Assembly (NCBI GenBank): GCA_030295235.1
Contig: AP026136.1
Span: 1,302,001-1,366,000, forward strand
Source: Fistulifera solaris
Taxonomy: Eukaryota
Length of the DNA: 64,000 nucleotides
Direction: 5' to 3'
In this document: in pieces, positions 1-12,449 of the stretch
Numbering within the stretch: position 1 is the stretch's first letter
How the letters are laid out: each line of letters starts with the position of its first letter
Made by a program: the position numbers and the translations under genes
Notes under the pieces: generated by a model
What the model saw: only the letters and a program-made list of their open reading frames with translations
What the model was told of the DNA's origin: nothing
Database searches by the model: none

Positions 1-1649
1 AGACTGAAAAGCAAAGCACGAACGCGTCAAACAAATATCGTCGTCTCACTCTCACCCATCATCATCGTCGTCGAGGCACAAAAAGTGCCCCCAATGAACT
101 TGACCTCCATTCTTTTCCCCTTGTTCAACTTGAATTTCAAAATTTAAAAGCGTCGGTAGACTATTAATGTCTTTTATCATATTCCGTAGGAGTAAACATT
201 TGCTTCTATGTCGCTTCAATCTCTTTAGTTTGCATCGCATCGTCCACGACATCAACAACTCAACACTCAACTCTCAACCCCGACGCGCCGACACAGACAC
301 AGATACGCATACAGGCTACACATTGAAGGCTCCCGATCGAAATAACAAAACTGAAAAACAATACATCCGTTTCATCCTTCATCATCGTCAAGGCACACAA
401 AGTTGCCTCCGGTTGACTTGACTCCTTTCTTTTCCCCCCTTTGTTCGATATTTGAATTTGAAACGCGGATGTTGCTTGTGAGATACGAGTAGGCGGGCTC
501 GCACCTATTGAAGAATATTCAGACGCGTATATCGCGACATTCATTCATTCGTGGGTCGTGGTCGTGGGATCCCAACACATGGGGAAAACCGTTGCTCAAG
601 ACAGAAATACTTAGATAGCTTTCCCTAAATGATTTTAAATTGAGTTTGTGAACACAAACAACATTTTGATTTTCGGTAGAAGCGCATCGCCAAACATCTT
701 TCTCTCTTTTTTCGCTGCGTTCTTCTTCTTCTCACATCTCCTCTCAAAGGCGACTGAGAGAGGTTTGATGTCCTCCCCGTATTCAGTTGTTGCCAAAGCT
801 GTGGCCTGCGATCATAGCTTGGGACCGTATGGTTGAATACTCAGTGGGAGCGCATGAAGGGTTGTGGTGCGTATGTCCCGAGGAAGGAGGAGTCGTCTCG
901 CAAAACGGCAACCTCGTGTCGTCTCTCGACGATTCGCTTGCCTGCTTGCGAGGGCTTCCTGCCTTACCGGAAAACACGCAGTTGGAGCATTGTGCTGGGA
1001 AAAGTTCTTCACCTGAGTTGTGGGATCCATGAGGCGTGCCGAAGAACTGTGTGCGCCAGTGATTGGTGAAGCAATGGTAACGGTTGAGCGGGGTTTGGGG
1101 TTCACCCGCTGAGCAGCTTATGAAAGCCACATTCGCCTTTCCGCTCCCAACCGGATACATGGGCGTTTGTGATCGCTTGTTGACATCTGCTTAACGTCTT
1201 CGGAGCTCTTGCGGTGCTTATGAGTTATCCTAGAAATAGGTTAGCGGTTACGGGCACTAGCAAGGGTCCCCCATATGTCTCAGCACAATGAAAAATGTAA
1301 ACCACGACCCCTTTCATGCTAACACTTGTTCACTTCAAAACAAAACCAAATAATTTTTAATTAATGTATAAATAATACAACGGATGGATGCGCGCAGTGG
1401 GTAATGGCGACGGGCGTCGGGAGAAGCTTCGCCGTCTGATACAGTCCAATTTCGATGCGCTCCAGCGGTTTCGTGGTCGTGCGACTGCTTGTTCACTCTA
1501 ACTTCTCTACCACTCGTTGCGTTCGCTTTGTGCTCTCTCTAGTATTCACTCCAATGTCTTCCAAAGTATTAGCTGCGTTCTTGCGAAAGCCCGAGCATCC
1601 ATCTGTTTGGCCCAGTGTAGCAATGGCACTAGGCAAACTCGGAATGCTG

Positions 1650-2700
1650 AATGCTTATATGCCAACAGCACCACGGTGCATAGATCAATCACCACTGGGA
1701 GGAGACCACTCGCGAGGCACGCACGTTGCGCCGCTATGTTGAAAACCGATGTTTTGTAGCATGATCGATATAGCATAATCAAATAACGGCCAAGTTTTCC
1801 AGCACGGCGAAATGCAAGTCATACCACGTATCGGTATTATTGGGATAAATGTAAAGAGTAGCTGTTGCACCATATACCAGCCCGGGGAGTCCGATTCTGG
1901 CAAGACATTTTCCAACATCCAGTAACATCCATGTACCAGAGATGATGCGCGTATCGTTCTAGGCCCGGTCTTGGTACTGACCACACCAGTGCGCAGCACA
2001 GCCGCACGGGTCGCATCGACACCAATAGGGTGCCCCCGGACTTCCAGAGCCCGGCGCAAAGTACAAATTCGCATTAGCATCGTGTTGACTGATCTCAAAC
2101 ATGCGCATGACCCAAATTTAAGATCGCTACGCGTAAATGATCCCACAAACGGCAAGATTGGATTCGCTGTTGTTTCGAAAGGTAAGCATGCAGATTCTGT
2201 TCCATAGTTGACAATTCGTTGTAGGTCAGACCGTTGGGTATTTGTACTTGCCCTGTAACAGCACATTCCCGATCGAGCTCCGCATATCCCCCATTCGAAG
2301 CATTGCTGTACCAATAGTTAGGCCAAAGAGCAGAACACGTTCCTCCTGCTCCGGTACTATATGTATTGAATTGTGTGGAACAGTTTTTCATGGTAGTGCC
2401 CTGCGGAGGACTTGTTTTGAAATCCACCACAGTAAGGGAAAGAATAGAGTACGTCATCAACTTTTGCTCAATTGCATCCCCATTGCTCTGTTGCAAGATT
2501 TCGATTCTGGTAGCAGGCCCAAACGTAGCGGAGTCGGAATCAAAGTGTGAATGTAGATGCGGCAAGTAGCGCCCTTGCAAAAGCGTTGTCAAACTGGTCG
2601 TGTAAACTTGCGGATTTTGATCCTATTGCTGCCACGACAAGTCCGACGGTACTATCACCGCTCTCAGATATCCAAACATTCCTTGTATTCGCCGACCTGA
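1650..2700 (-). pseudogene. Truncated, disrupted right-handed beta-helix (GH141-like) protein remnant
   Basis: Pieces in several frames give 'YWMLENVLPESDSPG-WY', 'LYIYPNNT' and 'IGFQHSGAT...EWSPPSGD*SMHRGAV'. These resemble the LENxxxELDxPGEWY and PSGGDWALHRGGA motifs of beta-helix proteins. There is an in-frame TGA at the expected Trp, several frameshifts, and no C-terminal half. Confidence 0.55.
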
Positions 2701-3081
2701 ATCATCCCTTCGTCCTAACTAGTAGTAGTAAATGGTGTCATCCAATGCCTGTAAACGTCTTGTCGAAAGAGAATGGTCGTCTGGTGCATTCGATCAATAA
2801 CACGAGCCGCTTACACGGCTTGCGCTAGTGTCGCATAGGACCGATAGAATGAGCCGTCTCAGCTAGCCGAGCTGTCGTTTTTTTTGTGATCGGATCGACA
2901 AAGATACTATTTTTCACCGAAACCTTTCTTGCTGTCGTTGCTGCGTTTCAAAGTGATGATTCGTCCCTGCGAACGCTGTCAGGACGAATAATTGTGTCTT
3001 CATTAAAACCACCGTGGATCCTTCACTGTACTGATAATCGGTTCATGTAAAAGAGTAATGCGCATAGGAAATTTCATTGCC

Positions 3082-3468
3082 AATCGCCTGCCTTTCCTGT
3101 TGAATATATAAGCATTTACTATCTAAAGTCGATTGTATGTGGTGATGGACATAAAGAGAAAGAAGGATCATCGCTTGCGAAGACGACGACAACAACAACA
3201 CAAAGAAGTCATTAACAATTAAATAATAACAACCAAACAAAAATAATACCGGAGTAATGAAATGCATGTTCTTGTCTTCGTGACTGAAAATGCAGTCGTG
3301 TCGAAAAACAGAAAACACTTTGAGCATACAGTAAATATATAGCTCCGGAGTAATGGACAAGAATCCGCAAGGACTTTCGACGTGAAGAATCGAGGCGTGC
3401 CTTGTCAATGATGCTGATGGTAATTGCATCGTTTTGAAGCAAGTGTTACTACTTACCAGTACCAAGCT
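3082..3468 (+). repeat. Diverged ~380-bp direct repeat, copy 1
   Basis: Aligns by eye with 6709-7065 (shared aatcgcctgcctt, aagtcgattgt, aaatgcagtcgtgt, aacactttgagcatacag, gacaagaatccgcaagg, atcgaggcgtgccttg, accaagct). Confidence 0.9.
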
Positions 3469-3771
3469 AGTAAAATGAACGTTGGATGAACCTGCAGTCT
3501 GGCTCAAGAAGATCATAATTCATGACTGAAATGCAGTCGTGGCGAAATAGCACCATAATAGCACATTGATTTTCGATCATTAGAAAAGGTTGGGGAAACA
3601 ACAATATACAAAGATGTTCGATTGCCAGGAAAGGTATTTCTTCATCCAAACTGGGCTTTAAATTGCCTTCTGGCTCTGACACCTTTTCTATTGCAGACAT
3701 TGGGGTAATTTGATGTTTGTGTTGCTCTACGAAAAAACAACCGATAGCAAACTTTTATGCATGATTCGTAT

Positions 3772-5408
3772 CTATTCGAACTCTTTTCCCGAGTCGTACA
3801 GAATTATGAATGAAATCGCCCCAAGAACGTAGATGAGTGCATTCAAACCAAAGACTAAACTCCAGTCTTGACCACTTGCATCGAGTATCCTTCCCGTCAA
3901 GTATGTGGCACCTGTTCCAATCAACACGGCTGGTAGGCTCGTAACACTGTACAAAAGACCTGCCCATTTGGGGCCGCTCTTTTTGTGATTGGCTGCATCA
4001 TAGCCAGCCGAGTTAAAACACAGAAACCCAATGTTGACGGCTACGTAGAGCTGGGCTGCCCAAGCTTGTTCGGGAATATGCCAAGCGAGCAAACCCAGCG
4101 ACAGAGCTGGGACAAGAAGACCGATTGATTAAAAAAAATTTCCGAATATTTGTTCGGGCTCTCTAGTCCTTGGAATCTACGATTCGTTGCCCAATTGGCA
4201 TCGGCCGAGGTCCCTGCGACTATACCTCCCACAACACCTGCTACACAGGGCAAGATCGACAGCCAAGCCGAGCCGCGCACACCAATTCCATATTGTTCCG
4301 AATAGAACATCAGTGTCCAAGCTGAAGCCATAAAATTGCCCCAATTCTTGGCCGAGTGGGCCAGAAATATCGCCCACGCCCCTTTCGATTGAATTATTTC
4401 TTTCCATGGAGCATCCTTGATACTGAGCTGGTTATCATTTGAATACAAGTCATTTCCTTCCTTTGACGTAGTTGGGCTATCTTTCGCGAGAAACAACCAA
4501 CGGAAGCAACAAAAGTAGACAACCGCTGCCATAAACATAAAACAGTTCTCTCCAGTCTCCAAAAAAGTCCGAAATGACGGGACTTAACAACAACAAAGCC
4601 ACAATCGTTCCCGACTGAAAGCCGCTGAAAAGAAAAGCTAGTGCTGTTGTGCAGAAAAGAAATGATATCTACATGTGCGTAAGAGCGCCGGGCTTTCGCA
4701 TCGCAGACTAGTCGTACCTCTACTCTTCTCATTCACCGGAGTCCATTCATTGAGCAATCGTGTCGATGTGGGCAACAGAATACTCTCTCCTGCTCCTACA
4801 AGAGTACGAGCGATCAAAAGAGGTCTGATGGAAGAAGCGGCCGAGACTATCGTCAGCGGCGTACCAATGGTCGCGAGACTCCAAAGCGCAATACCCGAAG
4901 CCATCCGGAGTCGCGGAGACCACTGCCCCGCCAAGAATCCAGCGGGTAATATAACGAGAGCGTAGCCAAAGCTCAACAACGATGAGATGGAACCTTTGGT
5001 TGTATCCGTGAATTGAAACTCTTCCGCCATGGGAATGATAGCTACGGACATGGCAATGCGATCAGTCGCCGATAAACACGCGGTAAGCCATAATAGTCCC
5101 AGCATAATGTACTTGAGTGACTAGGGTTCGTTGTTTGTTGTTTCGATAAGCGAATTGTCTGTCCTTTGTGTAAGGGCAGTGCGGGGTTCGTCGAGACTTG
5201 TCGATGATGATAATTCGAATCTTCTTTCTATAGCAAGACATTCATCTCAACGAGCAAATTTACGCGATCGAAGCAGTCTTAGTGAAGATGAAGCGTGCGG
5301 TGTTAACGATATCCTGGTGGAAGGACCGCAGGCAATGCTGAAAGTGCGTTGACGCAATTGTAGAATAATAATGGCGAATAGAGCAGAAGCAGTCCGCCGC
5401 CCATCATG
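3772..5408 (-). pseudogene. MFS anion:cation symporter (SLC17/PHT4-like) pseudogene
   Basis: 'TDRIAMSVAIIPMAEEFQF..KGSISS..GY', 'ARTLVGAGE', 'PWKEII.SKGAWAIFLAHSAKNWG' and 'GPKWAGLLYSVT' are PHT4-type motifs. The 5' part has in-frame TGA/TAG stops, and there are frameshifts near 4130-4200. Confidence 0.8.
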
Positions 5409-5589
5409 ATTATCGTTCCGTTCCTTGTCATACTTTGCCTCTTCAGGCGAATGAGAATTGTCTATGTAGTCAAGGAGGATTAATTTTCATATTGTTGCAG
5501 AGCATTAAAGACTGCGATGGGAGACCGCGAGAGGCAGATAAGCTGCGAGAAAGCAAAACGCAACATTACCAGTAATAACATGTAAGGAA

Positions 5590-6030
5590 ATAACACATCC
5601 CCATTTTTCTGGGGACGCATGAAAACACCACCTGCCCAGATTTTCTGGGCGAGTGGTTTTCACACACACCCAGATTTTCTGGCTGATTGGTTTCCGCCCA
5701 CCCGGATTTCCTGGGTAAGAATGAAAACATCACATGCCCAGATTTTCTGTGGGAGTTGTTTTCACACTCACCCAGATTTTCTGGGAATGCATTCCCAGAT
5801 TTTCTGTGGGAGTTGTTTTCACACTCACCCAGATTTTCTGGGAATGCATGAAAACACCACATGCCCAGATTTTCTGGGTGATTGGTTTTCACAATCACCC
5901 AGATTTTCTGGGCGAGTGGTTTCACACTCACCCGGATTTTCTGGGTAAGCATGAAAACACCACATCCCCAGATTTTCTGGGGATGTGAAAACACAACACT
6001 CCCAGATTATCTGTGTACAAGAAAACACCC
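5590..6030. repeat. Tandem satellite of ~30-40-bp units with core CCCAGATTTTCTGGG
   Basis: About 12 copies of the core, separated by alternating spacers (gaaaacaccacatg / ggttttcacactca). The overlapping repetitive ORFs are by-products of the repeat. Confidence 0.95.
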
Positions 6031-6282
6031 CATGCACAGATCATCATCTATCTTATTCGCCCTTCTTGTTTCTCGTCGTCATGCCGTTGTCGTTCACTTA
6101 TTGACGATGAACGATGAATGAACAGCTTCTTGACAAATATTGTCAAGTGTATTGTACCCTTGCTGAAAGCACTGACTCAAGTCAACGTTCTAGTGACCGA
6201 CACTCGCCGTCGCGAGTCGGTCGATCACAGTAATCGACGCTGAAAAGATTCACAAGCAAATATAGCGTTCACGAAAAAAAAG

Positions 6283-6700
6283 ATGAAAACAAAAAAAATA
6301 CATTATGCTCGCATCACAGGCTTCCTAGCTTCACTCGACCGCGTCGCCATCTCGGTAGCCTTTCTTCCCCTGTCATCCGAGTTTCCATATTCAAGTTCTA
6401 TGAAAGGGACATTAGCTTCCTTGTTCAGTGTCGGATACTGTCTACTCACTCTCCCACTTTGGGTCGAAAATGTATGACCCGAATGGGCTATGATGTCGGG
6501 TATTGCTGTCTGGAGTTTATCCACACTCGTCACGCCTAGTAGCCGGTATAACGCTATTGACACTCATGATAGCTAGAGCAATGGAGGGTGCTTGGGACAA
6601 GCATTGTGCTGCCTTCGACGCAACGATTTTGACTTTTTGGACTTTGCAAGAAGAAAAGAGTCGATTGGCGTTTGTGTTTAGTGGCTTTACTTGTGGGAAA
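6283..6700 (+). pseudogene. Second, more degraded N-terminal fragment of an SLC17/PHT4-like MFS transporter
   Basis: 'ASLDRVAISVAFLPLSSEFPYSSSMKGTLASLFSVGY', then 'MMSGIAVWSLSTLVTP' and 'IARAMEGA' in shifted frames. Homologous to the 4638-5105 ORF and truncated by repeat copy 2. Confidence 0.75.
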
Positions 6701-6708
6701 ATTATGGA

Positions 6709-7065
6709 AATCGCCTGCCTTTTCTGTTGTAGATACATAAGCATTGACTTTTTCAAGTCGATTGTTTATGATGATGGAGATAAAGAGAAAGAATCATTGC
6801 CTGCGGAGACAACAACAACAACACCAACAACACAAAAACATGAAAGTCAACTAAACAAAAATACTCCGTAACAAATAAATGCATGTTGTCGTATTCGTTA
6901 CGGAAATGCAGTCGTGTTGAAAACAGACAACACTTTGAGCATACAGAAAAATAAATATAGGTAATTGACAAGAATCCGCAAGGTGAATTATCGAGGCGTG
7001 CCTTGCTAATGATACTGATGGTACGGTAATTGCATCGTTTTCAATGAAATGTTTCTTACCAAGCT
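6709..7065 (+). repeat. Diverged ~360-bp direct repeat, copy 2
   Basis: Homologous to 3082-3468. Confidence 0.9.
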
Positions 7066-7292
7066 GAAGCGGCGTACTAAAAAAATTGACACAACTAAAA
7101 AAAGCAATCTAACTTCTGATGGGGGTAAGTTGTAGTTGTTGTGGAGTATTATAGCATTACCTTATAAAATTGTAAGCCTCTGAATAAAGTAGTTTGTTAC
7201 CTTGATCATTGATTCGAGTTGCGTGGGTGATGTGTGTCCGTTCATGAGAAAACGAAATGTGTGCCTTCTAGTTTAGTATATCGACAATATCT

Positions 7293-8859
7293 TTAGAGTT
7301 GCATGGGATCCAGTCTCGGTTCGGCCACAATGCCAATTCCCCGAGCCCCATTCTTGCATTTATGAAGCGCTTCCGGATCACAATTCAGGGCGAGCCACGG
7401 GTGGGTCAGAGCTTGATCGGCTGTGTAACGGTACTCGATATTGTAAGAAAGCAAAGTCGAAACAAACGCCATGGCTTCGTCAGACACGTCACGGAATAGT
7501 TCGTGGGGAAAGGTATATTCACCCTGAACAATGGACGCTTTGATGGCTTCGTCGTTCTTTCCGTAGAATGGAGGAGCGCCACTTAGCAACATATAGACAA
7601 TGACGCCCAAACTCCACAGATCACACGCTTCGGTATACGATTTCTTCAAGACTTCGGGTGCCACATAGTAGGAGGATCCTACCACTCGACTTAATCGTTG
7701 CCCAGCCGTGAAGTGCGTCGACAAACCGAAGTCGATCAGCTTGAGTGGACTCCACACGTCCTTTCCAGACTCTAGCACCCAATTCTCTAGTTTCAAGTCA
7801 CGATGACAAATATTCCGTGAATGGAGAAAGGCAACCGCAGATAGCATCTCACTAACGGTTTTGGCTGTAGCAAAAGAAGAAGATGTAAGTGAGCAAAGAT
7901 TCCAAGTTGGAAGCAAAGCCGACACGCGAATTCGTACCTGCATAGGACTCTGTAACACCGTGTTTGGGATGCGTTGTCAATAGATGGAACAAGTCACCTC
8001 CACGACCCAACTCCGTAATAATGAAAAGCTCATTGTCTACGCAAAACACGTCGTAAAGTCGAATCACATTGTCATGCCCACGAAGTTCTCTTAGAACATT
8101 GACTTCTTCTTGTAGCTTGGCAATGTATTTGGGATCATTCCGCAGCATGACACATTTGCAGGCGAATTTCTTTCGTTTGCCCGATCTTCCGGAGCTGTGC
8201 CCTTCTGGCTCTCCTCTCGAAGCAATACATACTTGCCCATACGAACCCTTCCCGATAACCAAATCGCGATGTAGTAAGTAAGCCGGTCGACGTGGCACTA
8301 CTTCTGAAGAGGGCTGTGGAGAATCCGCTGTTACTGCCGGAGGCGGCGACGAAGGCTGTATCGAGTCCGGAGGCGTAGATGATCCGAGCACCGGACCCTT
8401 GAAGGGCGACACACCGAACGGATCGGGGGCATGCATTGCTCCGTGTCTTCCGTATTCGGTGTGTTGCTGTTGCGGACGAGAACGACGATCTCGTGAAGAC
8501 CCTGATAGACGGCTTCGATTGTGATGATCATCCATAACAACCCCCCGCCCCATCGGATCGTAATGAGTTGGCGGCCCCGACTGCTGTGAATGGTACGGTG
8601 AAGTCTGCCCATACTTACTGGATCGTGGAGGTTGTCCGTCTACGTCCATAGGCATTGTAGAAGGTGGCGGAGCTCCGTACCCGCCGATAGGACTTTGTTG
8701 TGGTGGTGGCGACTGATGATGATAAACAGCGGAGGAGGCGCTAGGAGGCATTTCGTTGCGAGGAGGCTGCGGAAAATCGCTCGGATGCGACTGTTGGCCT
8801 GCGGAAGAAACAAAATTATTCGACGTCGATGCTTGCCCCCGTCTTAGCCACTTGCTCAT
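7293..8859 (-). CDS. CAMK/CDPK-related Ser/Thr protein kinase without EF-hands; Pro/Ser/Gln-rich N-terminus
   Basis: IGKGSYG, ACK, HRDLKLEN, DFG, VGSSYYVAPE and DLWSLGV motifs. A GT-AG intron at 7865-7937 joins the two ORFs in frame (ESYA/AKTVSEM). Confidence 0.92.
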
Positions 8860-10406
8860 GTCTGTTGAAGAGAAAGTGGTGTTGTTTCGCGAAGAAGGAG
8901 ACTTTCGCGAAGAAAATTATGTTCGCAAAGTCAAAAGAACTCGAGAACTACCGAAACAGAAGAAGAATCCGAGGAATCCAAAAATACCAATACAGTCAAC
9001 TGATACGAATCGGTCGTAATCGATCGCTTTTCTCCTTTTGGTTTAAAAATTAACGTCTGCTCCGATTCGTAGATCTCAGAGGTGCAGAAACGTGTCAATT
9101 TCTCTCACAAACGGAAGCCGACAAAAGTAATCCAGAAACGCCGAAAGCACGCGTAGCGCCTATGCAGCAATTTGTATTGTTGTTATTCAAGAAATAACTC
9201 TGCTTTTTCGTCATTCACTTGCTCGTAAAAGTCTATTGGTGTAAACAGACTTCGAACAATGATGGACGGATGCGAGGAAGGCCAAAGCTGTGTGTGCGGA
9301 GTGCGTGTAAAAAGGGTGAGTGTTTCTGTTGGGCGAATAATAACTGTTGTTGCCCCAACTTTACAACAAACTGTACAATTAGGAGACAAGATTGCGCAAC
9401 AGGATCGCGGGTATCGCTGATTCTCGGCATGTGCGAGCCATCACACTCGAGTATTTACGGGGAGGCGGACGATAAGAATCGATGAGCGAGCGCAAATGAC
9501 ATTATACTATCCCGATTGTAGTACAGTCGGCCGGATCGCTCGTGGGCGAAGGCATCTTTCCGTCTTACCGCGCAACGGTACTCACAAATAGAAAATCAAA
9601 ACCGGTTTGCAATGGAGTGGGAAAACGTGAATGAAATCGCCCCCAACAAGACTCGATTCTCAATCTTCGCCCACCGTGGACGACCGATGAACGGACGACA
9701 ACAGGAAACATGGAAGCACGCTATTGTCGTAATGAATGAAACACAAAACAAACGTAATCATTGAATATTTTTCTTTTAACGAGACGATTGACGCGTACCT
9801 CTTTGCTTACAAGAAAAATTCAAGAAAATTCTGTTGCTGTCGGTCCATGGTCGATGAACGCACAGCCTTGAACAAGAGCTTTGGAGATGTTTCGACCGAC
9901 GGTTAAATCGCCCTAAGTAATCATAACTTGTCTTGGTTTGATAGATGAAAATCAGTCCCTGTAAACTTGCTTTATGAATAAATATGACAATGGCGAGCAG
10001 ACTAGCCAGTTGGATCCTAAGTATGCATCCAATGACACTCTAACTGAAATTGACAACGTTAAATATTTATGTCCTCTACAGAGTCGTCGATAGAGTAATC
10101 CATGTCGATTGGCTGTGTTCGACTCCGACCACCAACGTGCCGACGTGGTTTGCAGCCTGCAAAATGGCAGACGTCACTTATACCCGTAACCCTATCGTGG
10201 AGTGATCAAAAACTATGGATTGCGTCTGCTAAAAAAAACAAGGGTAGGGTACACTTCCTTCGTATCATGTCTCGTTGCTACATGCAAGTCCTTTAAACTA
10301 TATATCAGTACAAAAGAGAAGTCAGTTAATTCATTGTAATTTCAAATTAAGCAGTGTTTCTCGAATCTGTAGATGGTAATGTTGGCGTGCTTTGCTCATT
10401 TAACAC

Positions 10407-12449
10407 TCATGCCGAATCCATTAGATAATGGAGCTGTTCCAAGAAACGCTGCACATCATCGGATCCAACTCGAATCACGTGACTGTCATGACCAAAGGAA
10501 AAGGTTCCTGTCATAGATTGTGCGGCAAGCGCGAAATGCTGTCCCCATCTATTTCGTACCCAATCACCAGCTTTTTCCGTGTACTCGTATCCTGCCACGG
10601 TGTAGAAATCATCGTCTTTCGCCAGCAATATCAAAGGACGACCGACCCACTTGCCGTTCACACGGTGCAGTTGGAAAAGATACTGGGCTAAACGCGTCAA
10701 GACCGCCGGTTTGGCCAAGACAGATTCATCACCGACGTAAGCGTACCGGAAGTGAGCTAAAGACGTGATCGCATTCCGTTCCATCAAGCTAGCCGCAGCA
10801 GCGAAAATTTTTTTCTGTAGTTTCATTGCTAAATGTAATCCATATCCTAATGGATTTCCTGTCAGGCTTCCTCCGTTCACTAGATTGTCTTCATTTTGCA
10901 GATCCATTACACGAGGAGGAGCATTGGATTGCAAGGCATCGAGTGCGCGATTAAACATGTCGTCCTTGTCACTGCCAAAATCGAGTAACGCAGCTGCCGC
11001 ATGAGCGGCATCGGCCGCCGAAAGCACCGACTGATACCCCGTGATACGAAGAAAGCTGGTGTATTCCAAGTTCTCCAATCCATATTCCTCGGCATACTCT
11101 TGAAGTTTGGACGCCAGCATGCGCCGCAAGGCGGGTTTCATAAAGGCGTACGGTTGCTGACATTCCGTCAAGGGGAACCCCATCTTGGCGAGTAACTCCT
11201 TGAGTTTGTTCATACCCGCTGGTCGATACAGTTGAAGTTGTGTACTGACCGTGTCGGAATACATCATCGCATCCAACAATGAAGAAAATCGCAACAAGAA
11301 GAACTTATAGTCGGGCTGAGAAAAGACGCGTCCCGTACCCCGTAACGATAGTTTCGTTCGTTCACCGGTTGCTCCGTTGGAAGAAAGTTGCTCGGCATAG
11401 ACGGTGTTGCGAGCTCGCAATGCGATATCATCACTGTCATCCGCATCTAGTTTTTGACACGCTTGCCGCAATTGCAAAGCCAAAGTCGAATATCCCGTCA
11501 AATCCAATCGTCCGTGCCAGTAAGCATCCGTGACTCCGACACAAGCCAACCAAAGCAGTGTCGTGTGGTCCCCGAACCGCAATTGTGTGGCCAACTGGTA
11601 CGCCACAAAGGCCGCCGGCGCCCCGTAATAACTTCCGGCGGAATAATATCGTTCGATGCGCTGTCGACGGTCCTGTTGCCACTGTCGCGGTGTCAAGAGT
11701 GCCGGTGTCGATTCGGCCGTCGGTACTGTCGTTGGTTCGGTTTCTTCCATTGCTTCCGTTGTGTCGCGTTCTTTTTCGTACGATTCTGTTTCGTCTTCCT
11801 CGTCTTCCCTGCGAGGCTTTTTCGCTCTACCCACCGACGAATCGTCATCGTGATCGTCGTCGTCACTGTCTTCTTGATTCTCTTCTTGTTGCTGTTGTAG
11901 CGGATCTCCCGCATTCTCATCATTTTCATCTTGATACTCAAACTCTCCTTCGTCACGATCGGACGATGCAACGGATGAATCTTCTTCTTCGTCGTCTTCT
12001 TCCGATGATTCATCATCGTCTTCCGACTCGGAAGATGATTCATTTCCACTGAGATTTTCTCCATCACTGGGTATTTCTGTTTCATCAATGTCCCAAAAGA
12101 CGACAATATCCCGATTCGCGTGAATATTGGCCAAATGAACGGGCCGTGCCGGATCCAGTACATAAATTTGTCGTCCTTGATACCATTTGGTTAAATTCTG
12201 CGGTGCACCCATATGCAACAACACCACACAAGTCGCTACCGCGGAAGCCTGTTTCAAATCTTCTTCCAAGTTAGTACAACATAGCAAATGATGCGCGATA
12301 TGATCGGCGCGCAACAAGAACGACAGAATGCGGGCCGCACACAAGGCATCGACCGTCGGACGACAAAGAATCCAAACGGAACCATCTTGTCCACAATCAC
12401 GCAAGATTTGTTGATAGCCGCGATGCCAGTATTCTATTTCTAATTTCAT
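10407..12449 (-). CDS. CDC45: DNA replication initiation factor CDC45
   Basis: 'VDALCAARIL', 'RPVHLANI', acidic insertion, 'LLWLACVGVTD', 'FFLLRFSSLLDAM', 'ELLAKMGFPL..CQQ' and 'SAAD'. The first ATG is at 12449. Confidence 0.93.
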   Translation of the reverse strand: MKLEIEYWHRGYQQILRDCGQDGSVWILCRPTVDALCAARILSFLLRADHIAHHLLCCTNLEEDLKQASAVATCVVLLHMGAPQNLTKWYQGRQIYVLDPARPVHLANIHANRDIVVFWDIDETEIPSDGENLSGNESSSESEDDDESSEEDDEEEDSSVASSDRDEGEFEYQDENDENAGDPLQQQQEENQEDSDDDDHDDDSSVGRAKKPRREDEEDETESYEKERDTTEAMEETEPTTVPTAESTPALLTPRQWQQDRRQRIERYYSAGSYYGAPAAFVAYQLATQLRFGDHTTLLWLACVGVTDAYWHGRLDLTGYSTLALQLRQACQKLDADDSDDIALRARNTVYAEQLSSNGATGERTKLSLRGTGRVFSQPDYKFFLLRFSSLLDAMMYSDTVSTQLQLYRPAGMNKLKELLAKMGFPLTECQQPYAFMKPALRRMLASKLQEYAEEYGLENLEYTSFLRITGYQSVLSAADAAHAAAALLDFGSDKDDMFNRALDALQSNAPPRVMDLQNEDNLVNGGSLTGNPLGYGLHLAMKLQKKIFAAAASLMERNAITSLAHFRYAYVGDESVLAKPAVLTRLAQYLFQLHRVNGKWVGRPLILLAKDDDFYTVAGYEYTEKAGDWVRNRWGQHFALAAQSMTGTFSFGHDSHVIRVGSDDVQRFLEQLHYLMDSA

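Noticed and set aside
648..1230. Overlapping short ORFs as a transposon or gene remnant
   Set aside because: No recognisable domain motif in any frame.
5566..6037. Repetitive ORFs on both strands
   Set aside because: They are translation artefacts of the satellite.
9219..9485. Cys-rich 88-aa ORF upstream of the kinase
   Set aside because: Non-ATG start, no signal peptide, and the Cys codons arise from TG-rich promoter sequence.
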